Of a stretch of DNA of 64,000 bases, positions 12,901 to 24,900 are shown piece by piece. A model generated the notes under the pieces. That model did no database searches. It worked only from the letters and a program-made list of their open reading frames with translations, and was not told the DNA's origin. Origin of the DNA: Balanoglossus misakiensis (taxonomy: Eukaryota > Animalia > Hemichordata); contig CM082576.2 of NCBI GenBank assembly GCA_040954595.2, forward strand, positions 16,539,028 to 16,603,027, in the 5' to 3' direction. Both the position numbers and the translations under genes were made by a program. How positions within the stretch are numbered: the first letter of the stretch is position 1; every line of letters begins with the position of its first letter.

Positions 12901-15900
12901 ATGTTTATGAGCAGTCTCATAGATTATGTACATATATGTACGTACCGGTAATCTATGTCCACTGGATGAACTTGAAAATCAACTGTTGCATGCGTCACGT
13001 ATTTAGTGTGTATATATGTCCTGGATTGTATCAATAGATGAGATTTTGTGCAAATGAGCTAAGATTTGAATATGGTCAAAAACTCCAGAACTACATGTAC
13101 ATATCATGTTTCTGTGATAATTGTTGGCAGGCACCATATGTGTGCGGTGCTGTAGGTTTGTTCACTTGTTCACAATTTTCATTGTAATGAAGTTTTTAAT
13201 CATTTCTTTGAAATGTAACATGGGTACTTAGCGATCATCTTTTTCTTGTTGATTCATCTTACGACAAAATTTGTAATATAATTTTGAGAATGATTTAGTC
13301 ATTTTTTGGTCAAAATATCTTGTGGTTATAAGATACATGCACTTGCTGTACAAGAGCAGAACATACTTCACCCCTGCATCTGAGCCCTGTCACCCCCAGT
13401 TCCCTCTATACTAGTCAAACTCTACCATAGAAAACAATGGATTTGGACCAAACCATTGTGGTGAAAGGGTTAAAGAAATGAAGTACAGCAAATGACATCC
13501 CGTAGTCATTCACCCTTTTAGTAAAGTATTAATCACTAGCATGAAGCATCACCTTTATGTAAATAAGTACGTGAATAAATTAATTTAGAGTAGAACTGCA
13601 CACAGATGGTCAGCATGCTTCATTAGCTGTAAAATTTTGGCTATATTTATTGTATGTTTGTTCTGGATATCTGCTGCAGTTTCTTGTTTGAACCCTTGAA
13701 GCACAATGTTGAAATCCCTAGTACATGTATTTAGTTTATCAATACAGTTTTCATATGTATAGTCAGCACTGTTATTGTTGGAAATTGAATTCAACTTTCA
13801 AGCCCGGATTATAATTCATTAATCAGTGGTCATCATACATGCACAGACTATGGTGACATGCAGAATACTGGGTTTGCAAGCATGGAACAAAATGTGATAC
13901 ACAGAACAAAATACTTAAAATAGGCAATAGTTACTGTTACAGCTTTTTAAATGGATCTTAAACACTACACGTACATTTCTTCACCAACATGACTTCCAAC
14001 TGTGCTCATATACAACTATATATGTGCGTGTGCTTGTTGGCATCTACAGATACAGCCTGGGGATTGTTCGTGAGATGTACACACCTGGTATGCCAGCGTT
14101 TGATGTCGTCATGGAAGTCAGATCTGCATGTCTCACTGGCTGCTTTGGAACTATTGTCGGGATTGGCCAAAGTGAAACTAAACATCCAAGGCAAGTCTTA
14201 CCAAGTCTAGCTACCATCGCACTGCTAGAGATATCTTCCATGATTGACTCCCACTACCTCCCAATTATCATACTTGGTGATGTATGTCTGTCTATCTCTA
14301 TGTTTGGTTGTATTTACAGTAAAACCTGTCTAAACCGAACACCAAACGGACTGAAGAAATCGTTCTGTTTGCAGAGGTGTCCAATTTATAGAGGTTCTTT
14401 TAACATGTGCAGGTTCTATGTTATTATTACAAAATTCTTTTTACTAGCAACGAATGCCAAACTAGCAACACCGGCTTTCTTTGAGGGGGCCCGACACGTT
14501 ATCTCTAAAATTGTAACAACGTCACAATTTAGTAGACAAAGAGGCGCCCCCCCCCCCCCCATCCCTATTGCGCAGTTGAAGTACGTGCGTGTTGAGAGAG
14601 ACATGTCGACTCGAACGCTGCTCTACGAAGCTCGTAGTTACCTTCTTACCGGGACATTTGTACTTGAACGGACTGGGTTCCTCCCACTTCAGGTCGGTAG
14701 ATTCCTGTGAAGCAGAGACGTGAATTTTGCCGTTCCTAGTGCCGCGGGTTGCAGTGTATCCCGTCTGTTGAACTTTTTTAGAGATTGAGATGAGAATTAG
14801 CAGTGTAGGATAGAGACGACGTACCAAACTGCCGTGTTGTATTCTGAATTTGTGTTGAAATAAATACGACGGAAGAGTTTGAACGGCATTGCTGTGTGGA
14901 CTGATAGTTTTGTGGCAAATTCGGGCGTGCGAGGCCGCCGCTAACCTTGCCGCGATCACCCGGCCGCTTGAGAACTTTCTCGACCTACGCACGAACTTGT
15001 TGTTTGTGGCAGCAATCGTGACAGGTTACGTTGTTTGAAAAAAACGTTGACGCGTCAATGCGCCCAGCGGCGGACGCCACATGAATTTTTCAGATCTGGC
15101 TTTTTCAACGTGTTTGTTTGGCGTTCATGATTTAGTATATATCCATGTTCTTGTTCCGCTATTTCCCATTCCGAAAACCCCAAAGTTTTGACTAGAAAAG
15201 GCCTCAGACACCTTCATATGCTGTCCGGCAGCCGGGGTGGGATATCCGACCGCGGTGCAGCTCAAAGTGGCGTGGAGCTGGTAATGTTGGGAACAGTGCA
15301 GCCGGCCGGTGGATCGACGTCTTAGCCTACACTTTCATACCCGCCGGCGTGCGGCAATCGGGAGGAACCCAGTCCGTTCAAGCGCAAATGTCCCGGTCAG
15401 TAGGTAACTACGAGCTTCGTAGAGCAGCGTTCGACACGCTAAACAACTCTCGTCGTCCGTGTTCAAGTCAGTCTCCTACCCCTTTCTGTTCACGTCTCTC
15501 TCTCAACACGCACGTACTTCAACTGCGCAATTGGGATGGGGGGACGCCTCTTTGTCTAGTACATTGTGACGTTGTTACAATTTTAGAGATAACGCGTTGC
15601 TGGCATGAAAGAAATACGATGTTGCCAGTTTGCCGTTTGGTGCTGGTAAAAAGAATTCCGTGGTAAGAGGATGGGAAAAGTTGCTGGTCCCTAACAACCA
15701 GGATTGGTAGACCCATGTGTATGCATGCAAGTATACATGCATGTATGAATTTAGGATGAAAACATCTAGTTATGTGTTGTTGTTTTTTGTTTTTTTACAG
15801 ACACTTTGGAATGTAAGAGGGCTGTGAAATGGATTTGTGACTATATATCTTACCAGTGCAGTCGACCAGCGCCCTCACACTCAAGGGATCTTCATACCAT

Positions 15901-18900
15901 GATTGTAGCTGCATATCTGTGTCTTAGTGTCTGGATTATAGAACATCATTATTTACTGGATGATAAGGTGACCAACCTACTTTTCAGATCTCACGAACAC
16001 CACGTAACCATGCCCCCCCCCCTACATTGCATTCTTTTCATGAATTCTATATAGTTGATGAAAATGGATTGGACTGAAACCAAAGCAGTGGTAGTGAATG
16101 ATTCAGCAGAATATAAAAAGCCTGCCACCCTTTACTGATGGTCTGAAAATAGACTTAGTTTTGAGTGTCTGATTTTGTAGACACTGACAGGTGTTTATTT
16201 GTGACATGCAAGGTTGATTTCATTCAAACTTCGCACAATGACTATATAGACGTATAGTGAACCCTGTCATTACCGAAACCTCTCTAATCAGGACACCTCT
16301 CTATTAAGGACAGATTTTTAAAGACAAAAGTCACAGTTTGAATAGAATATTACCTGTCTATTAAGGACACCTCTCTATTGAGGACAGATTTTCTGGTCCC
16401 AGAGGTGTCCTTAATAGACAGGTTTCACTGTGCATAGATGCACTTCAGTTTATTTCTCTATGGCCATTTTATATGACGGATAGGTTTTTCTTATGTTTTT
16501 TTTTCACATCTGAAGCCATTACTTGGACTAACACATATCAACTGCCTTACTTCAAAATTGGTATAAGGAAATGGTACTATGGTGTACATGTATAATTATG
16601 TCAATTTACTTAGGATCCAATATGGCCAACATTGAGTGGTCATTTTGTTCAGATTTTGCCATGTTTGTAGCCATATGGAAGTGTCATGCCCCAGACTTCA
16701 AACGTGTGATTCTGTTGTGTATTTCACATCATCAGGAGTGTCTGCATTGTGTTATGGAAGTGGTTGAATTAGGCATATCTGGTAGCAAGTCACAGAATAA
16801 GATGAGTGAACCACCCATTCATAAACAGGACAAGGAACAGAAACCAGCTTCTCTGAGAGTGAGAGAAGCAGCAGAACTCGTCAGAGGATTCATCATGGAT
16901 CACTTGGTAAGATCATTCATTTTATGTAGGAGAGATATCCTGTTAATAGTGAAAGTGTATGATTTGAAATCACTTTGTACTAGGGGGTCAAATCACACTA
17001 TAATAATTGCATTCTGGGTAAAAAGTCAACAACATACTCTAGTAAGATGGAAGAACTGATTTGTTGACTGTATTTCATGACTTCCTTTGGTTAAAAATTT
17101 CTGCCCGCTTTGTAGTTAGCATATCAAACTTATTCAACTTTTTCACATTTTATTTTTTCTGTTACAAAGTTTCAGAATGACCCATCATCACTTTAGCTTA
17201 TGAACTCGCATTTCTTAAACATGGCAAAAATTGGTAATCTTGAAATTGTGTCGACCATATGAGATTTTCATCACTCACCTAGGTAGCAAAAAAACTATTT
17301 AAGGTAGGGAGAATTGATAATCAACAACAAATCAACAATTTAGTACATGGTCAAATCAATCAAATGTGGCTCTTCTTTTTCGTAAGATTTGTTTAATTGC
17401 ACTATGTGGGGAGGGCCCAATGGTTAATTTACCGGTACTAGTGTACCGGTATGTCCTAATAATTATGCTGGAACTGCATAAAAATTAACAAAACTCATCT
17501 TGTCAAAAACAATCCATAGTAGAAGCTGGGGGTAGAAGTCATTCAGCTTGTATCTATTACATACAGTGTAATGCTTAAAGATACTATACTTGGGAGCTGA
17601 CAATATACAGTAAAACACTTTATTTTCGCGAGTTGAAATTTTTGCGATATCGAGAGAGGCCACGGTTTCCCGAATACTGATTTTCGCGTTCTCTTATTTC
17701 ATTCACTGCATTGTTATCTTCAAAAAAATTTACGCAACTTTTTATTTTCACGCTATTTTAGCTCTCGAAGATATCGCAAAAAATTATTGCTCTCGAAAAT
17801 AAAAGTGTTTTACAGTAGTTTTGCTTTCCTTGTGAAACATTATGCACAAAACATTCAATCATTTCTGTATGTTTGAGTTCTTTTGGAAATTTGAAGCCAG
17901 CATTTTTCATGCAACTTTTTAACCACATTTGGCAATATTAACTCCAAAAAGAGGGTAACCTTCTGATCCTCTTTAAATGTGGACCATGACTGAATCTCCA
18001 CTAACATCAACTCCTTTTTTCTACACTTTTTTGTCATTTTCAGGGCTATTTTCCACCACCGTGTGGGCCAGCATCCATCACTTCACTGTTGAATGAAGAC
18101 TCTCTCCTGAAATATGCCAAAGGAAACTCCAACTCTAGTGAAGACAGCAGCTTCAAATATTTTGTCGTTGAAAACAGAGTCCTTCTGGCCGTACTGGAAC
18201 AATCATTGGGAAACAACCAAGGTTTGTAATGAATAAAATTGATGCATAACGTTTAAGATTAATCCAGGGTTCACACTAATAGAATGCTCTGGTTAATTAA
18301 AGGGACAGAGTCTCTCTCTCGCTGCCTGCAGCTCGGGCATATTATGGTCAGAGATCACCATCCCTCGAGCAGGCTAAAGATCATGATATTGCCCTCGCTA
18401 AAATGTGTTATTATTTAACTATGTGCAACAAAAAACTAGACTTCTAGCCCTTCAATGCCGCTTGCAGCTTTAATCTATTAATTATGTTTGATGCAAAACA
18501 CCATTTATGTTATTCTACATTTGGATATATAGTGAATTAACGTTCGACTTCACACACCATAATTAATATGCAGGGGGCTTGGGTCCCTAATCATTGTAAT
18601 CACGCTTCCTCTTTAACTTTGAGGGCTAAAGACCAAGTCGTAATCAAGGCCAAAATGCAGGCCCCGTTTTCAACTCTTGACATCCCTTTTTTGAGTCCAT
18701 GTTACGTGTGCAACTTTGGAAGTCGCATTTTCAACGCACGTATCCACATTTAAAACTCCCCAGTAAAGCATTGTCAACAATGGTAATCCAGAGGGTTGCA
18801 TAGTCAACCAAGCGACTGGGCTCTTTAGTGTAAAGGGCACACCTCACCCTATTCTTGTGGCGAGAAATCGCCCTGTGATCAGTTGGTAACACCATTCAAG

Positions 18901-21900
18901 GGGCTTCATGCGCAATTAAAAAACTTCGCAATAATGAAGCTGGGCATTAAAGGACATTACATCATCTGTAAAACCCTGTCACAGCTGGGTCAATGATTCG
19001 GATTAACGTCATGTAAGTGATCGTGCATAACGACTGTACAGCTAAAGGTCGGAAGCATTGGCAGTTTTCTCAGCTTAATATTTACCCAGGTGGACTATAG
19101 CTGTACAGGCAGCGGTCTCCCATGCTAGTCTTTGGAGTACAATTTGAAGTAAATATTGTATAAAGAGAGAAATTTTGTGAAGACTTAGAAATCGTGAAAA
19201 GGCGGAATGGCCATTGCATAAAATTGTACTGTCAGTGCAATGAGTACGGGTGGCAATATATCACGAACTGGTGGCGCAATCAGGTCGTCGAGCCCATCAT
19301 CATTATAGTGAGCTACATTGTATAGCAAAGTGACGTGTTCAGATGAGGTGGGAAAGAGGAAATTTCAGTTCTGTTGGCTCCATAGGGAAATATGGCATAA
19401 CTAAATGTACGCACATATCAGATGATGTCGTCTTCGAATGTGGATTGCTTTGCAAGGGTAACTAATCATTTGCCGTTAAACATGTGAAGGCCTGCGTAGT
19501 ATGGCGTAAAATGGCTACCATTGGAATGTACACTAGGAATTTTACAGATTCTATACAAAATAGCAAGTACTAGTATAACGTTAAGATTCTAACACAGAAT
19601 TTTGCAGTGTGTTATTTTTGTTCAGTCGTTTGCCACATACATGTCCTCATATTCCAATTTGACCATCATTACTTTCTAGCAATAGCTGTAATGGCATAAA
19701 TTGAGAAAATATATTCGTCCCCATTCCTGTCGCCCTTATCTGTAACAAACTTGATCACATCTTCCAAATATTCTTCTTTCCTGTCTTCGGGAATCCTCAC
19801 AAGCTGTCCAACAAAAGCCTGGACAACAGCTGCAAGAAAATATCATCAAAGTACAACTTGTAAAAGTGAAATCATGAAAAACGCCGTTGCCATTGTTTCA
19901 CACCTGAGGTTGCAGGTTGACAAAAACTCATTTTGAATAAGACTGTGATGTTCACCTTTGGCACCGTCTGGCTTATACGGCCATTTCCCTGCACTGGCGG
20001 TACATTTCATATCCTTGAAGCCAATTTCAGTCATTAATCTTTTAAAGTCGTCACAATTGCCATGGAAAGGGAAGTATTGGTGTTCATACCCCTGCAATGT
20101 AAAATTCGTAGGTATTATATGTGGATGGGATGGTGTGCATATGATCATCAGATGACAACCCCAAGCTCGGTATATAATAAAAACGTGAACATAAATAAAC
20201 GTAAAAAGTAAATGGTTGTACCGCCGACTGGCGTATAAGCTTCAGACAAGTGTTTTATTTTCAGAATCGGTGGGTCACTGCATCAATATGATTGCGGTAA
20301 AGAGTTAGATTTTTTTGAAGTTCACTTCTATATGTAGTGATTGGCCAGCCGTTTCCTTTAATTCAGTTTTAACTAAAGGGAGTTAGTATATTTAGCTTGT
20401 TTAATTTTTTCTCATTTCAAATAAGAATTCGTTGCTGTTCCTCAACCAGGGATGTTGAATTTGAGTATTGTTGATTTGTTTGATGGAGGCTGCTTGACAC
20501 TGGCATGTCCCGCTCCGTAGGATTTGCATGGCGGTGATTTTTATTTGTACATAACTCACTTCGCTTCCCGCTGTAACCAAACACTAATCAGGTCTTACCA
20601 TTCAAAAATAGAACCTGTGTATCAAAGCTGATCGAAATCCGAACAGTCGCTTTTGAGATATCGTGCTAACAGACAGACAGACGGACAGACAGACAGAAAA
20701 GGCGATGACATTACCTCGCGGGGTATCGAGCTAAAATAAATATATACACAAATAACACTAAAAAAACATCTTTTCAACTCGACTCAAGTGAGTATTGAAT
20801 TCTCAAAATATTGGACAAATAATGTATTAACATTGATATTACCTCCATATATTGTATCCACTTGGGATTTTCTACGTATTCGGCAATGTCTGCGATTGTA
20901 TTAATCACATCAGGGTTAACTCCTGCAATCTTCACATAACACTGCCCGCCAGGCTTCAAACTCTCATATATACCCTGCAGTGGCGTCCTGAGGTCGGGCA
21001 TCCAGTGTAAGGCATAGTATGCAAGGGCCTTATCAAACGAGTTGCTGTACTCCTCAAACGTTGTCAGCAAAGTGGCATCACCGAGTTTGTATGTGATATT
21101 TTCTGCTGAAAAGCTATTCTTCGCCTCTTCGATCATCTTTGGTGAGATATCAAAAGCTGCGCAAGGGGACATGACACAGATATGGTGATAGGTATTCTCA
21201 AATAAAAGGATACCCATTGGTTGACACCGTTTTTAGAGGAGGGGAGAAACTAGATTAAATGGCCCCTTATTTACAAAATATAAAAAAAGGTAGCAATAAT
21301 ACTACAATACAGTGTCTGTATTAAGAACAATGCATTTACAGTCGTGCCACCACTAAATTTTGGAATGCGATTTTATTTAACATTGCCACTTAAGACACCG
21401 ATCTTCACTGATTTCGACCCCCAAGCTTGCTTATTCGGAAAGCAGGGTAACACATTTTCTCGCCACGTGGACGTATCTGGCGCCATACAGAATCTGAAAA
21501 TATACTCTAGTACATTTGTGTTATGACGTCGCGGACTTGGGAGAAGCTAGGCTCACCTGTTACCGATTTCACTTGTTCAGCGACAAGTTGAGTCAGTGGT
21601 CCTTCCCCACACGCAACATCCAGCAGATTGTCCTTCTTGTCGAGGATCATGACCTTGTTGATTGCTTGTACGTCGTCCAGTGCAGATTGGTATCGAACGG
21701 GGGAATATCGCTTTATATTCGAAACATTCATTGTGTTGAATGTACTGCTATAGGATTCTTCAGTCGATGAATGATGTTATTTGATAGTGGATAATATATT
21801 CTGGTACTAAAATAGAGCAATAATACCAACACCAACACAGTAAGAAACATTTGCAAGTTTTAAAAACATTGTGCAACGTGCATACAAAGATCTGTGTGTG

Positions 21901-24900
21901 TAAAATTTGAACCCTATGTCATAAGAAGCATTGAGATGCTGTTCACCGGTGTGTGCTTAGTAAATATCATGGGCCCCTCCTCAACTTCCTTGTTGCTAAA
22001 TATAAAATGAGGAGGGGATCATTCGATAAGCACTCTTGGAAATGTTTTATCTGTAAACTCGTCGTGGTCATTGATCCGAAAGTCCAGAAGCATGAAGGAT
22101 TATTTACTTTACTGCACAATGTACATAGGCATCCCATCTCTTATATATAACAACTCTCCGGTCATGCATTTTCATCACTGGTCAACAATCTGTAGGATTG
22201 CATAATCAACCGAGCGACTGGAGCGACCTTACCCTATCCTTTACATACCTGCCAATTCTTGTTGCGAGAAATCGTCTTGTAATCAGCTGGACTAACACCG
22301 TGCAGTATACGGGCCCGTCTGTATTGAATCTGCTTCATGCGCAAAAAAATGTCGCAATATACAAGCTAGGCACTAAAGGACAATACATCATCTGTTAAAC
22401 CCCGGCGCAGCTGGGCCAGGCAGATTAATGTATCAGCAATGGCCGTCAGCAAGAACGTCCCGGTGCGCATACAAGGATATGATTCCGGAAGTGCATACCA
22501 CTTTTAAACTGTTTTACATAATCCATGTGAATTGGTGTATTTATGGAGAAAATACAAGGTTTCGCTTGGTAAAATTATCACTACCATGTAATCTTCATGA
22601 TGAAACCTTTTTTGACCCTTACTGATACACATTTGGTGGACCCCAATCATAAGCTTTCAGAGCCCCCCCCCCCCCTTCCCCTTCAGTCACAATCTTTTGA
22701 GCCCCCCGCCTCAACGTTGATCCGCGAAAACCAGTATCTTCTAATGACCTCCTTTGAATAATGTTATTCATTTATTCAGATCCTCTGCCAACAGTGACAT
22801 GCATTGTCAGAAGTCACAGTGGTCGACATGCATGGACCATGCAACTCCGACATCTGCCAAGAAATCAAAAGGTAAATGCGGGGCAAAGTTGAAATGGGGG
22901 GGGGGGGGTAGTTATGATGTCATCTTGATCTTTTCTTGTTGATTCTTATTTTTTGCTCAACTGAGCAATGTATACATTTTTCTGGATTTTACGGATGACG
23001 ACAGACAATCCATTTATCTGATAAGCTCCACGTCGACAGCAGAGCTTAAAAGCTGGCTTTTAATGTTCGGGTGTGTTATTTATGTTCTCATACATTTGAT
23101 TCATTTTTGCAAAGAAACACTGTGATTTAATACACCACAACAAAATTGCCAGTGAATATAGACATTGTGTATTAGTCTATGTGATATATTTCTGGCTGAT
23201 ATCCGGTACACATGTGTGAATGGCCAATTTTTTGACATCATTAAATTTGAACAACAGAAATCCAACAAAAGACCAAAATGGAAAATTTGTAAAAGCAAGC
23301 ATTCCAAGTTTCTTTTGTGTGTCTTGTAGATTGACGAACAACAATGTTTATGTTGTTATATATGATGATGTAATGTGTTTGCTTTCTTCAGTCATTTCTG
23401 GCAGATCCAGGTCGACCAATCCCAATGAATAATGTTGGAACTCATTATGAAGTTAATGCCAGGAATTTTCCTGAAATTGTAGATAAGGCAGTACTTACAA
23501 TGGCGTAAGTATTTTTTTGGTCACAGAAAATAATTGTTCTCAAAGGATATTATTATTGGCTCTGTATCAACTTCATTGGAAATAGACAATTACCAAATAT
23601 GGCGGTGCCAAAGTGAATATTTGGGAACACTTCTAGTTTCATTCATAGTACATGTAAGATACATATTTAATTGACTCTGTTGATGTTTCAGCACAATTGA
23701 TGCATGTAAATACTAAATTCTTACTTGGGATGTATCAAAATAAAATTGCCAGTGAGTGGGGTTCTTTCAATTTGGGCCAAGTGCAAAAAATAGAGAAATG
23801 TTGAAGTACATGACTTGTATGTATTGTATTACCATGAAGTATCAACGAGTAAATTCAGCCACAGTACCAGAGCCATGTCCTTTATTTTACAAGTTCCTTA
23901 TTCATGCACCTTTGTTTTTTCCCTAATATCAGAGATCAAAGTATTCCAACACTGTCAGCCATTGAAACAGACAGTCAGAAATTAGAACATGAAAAGTTGT
24001 TGAAACTGATAGACGAACAAAGTGAATATGAGAAGCATGTAATAGACACAGCAGCAGAAGAGGTGTACAGCCAAGGTTATCCTGACCCACACATTGAAGT
24101 GAAACCCCCAAAACCGTGTCAGGAGTTCCATCCTACGAGGTTGTTGTTGTCACAGCTGGGTTATCTCAGCTTAGATGCTTTGAAGGTAAGTTCATGTCCA
24201 CCATGTCATTAGCCCCTTGACTACCTATAATGCTGGATATTTCCGACACCATATTTAATTGCCAGAAAATTCCTGCATAAATTAAAGGTCCATTAGCTGT
24301 AACTTTCCACTATGTTTTCAGTAATTTTGTTTTGTGTATCTACTGCATTTTCTTGTTCAAATTCCTGAAACATGATGAAATACCCACCACTCTGCATTTT
24401 TACTGTCCAAAATTTGAATTATGATACTATGAAGGATATTGTCTTTCCGCAAACATTTTCTTCTCAAAAATATACTTTTCTCTGACCTGTTCATTGTTAA
24501 CATTATTGGGGCTATGTTATTGATCTTCACAAGTGTTTACATTGTTCTCTTTTAGGAACCTCCGAACAGTTCCATGCCACCAGCATTGGTCTGTTTAGAC
24601 CAGGAATCTTCAAGTTTTCTCAGCGATTTAGAGCTTCTTGACAGTATACCAAGTCGCAGTAATGACACTGTTTTCATCTTCTATGTGAAAAGCGGTCAGA
24701 AAAACGCTCAACAGATACTTAGTAATGTGGTAAGTCATTCTTATTTTTAGCTCCGATCCTGTGTTCATACATTGGGTTTAAAGTCCAATATCGTCTCATG
24801 CGCATGTGTGTAATTTCGTGTTTAAAAATTAAGCCCAATCCAAATGTTCTGCAAATGTTACGTTCAAGGCATTTAAATAGTGGGCTGGCTTCGCTTCCTT

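Noticed and set aside
14024-15716. ORFs of 228, 156 and 105 aa
   Set aside because: They span a wrong-frame exon and inverted-repeat DNA; no transposase or other motif recognised.
20580-20730. (GACA)n-containing segment, with similar ones near 31630-31950 and 51900-52120
   Set aside because: Probably common microsatellite-bearing interspersed repeats, but I could not define boundaries or family.
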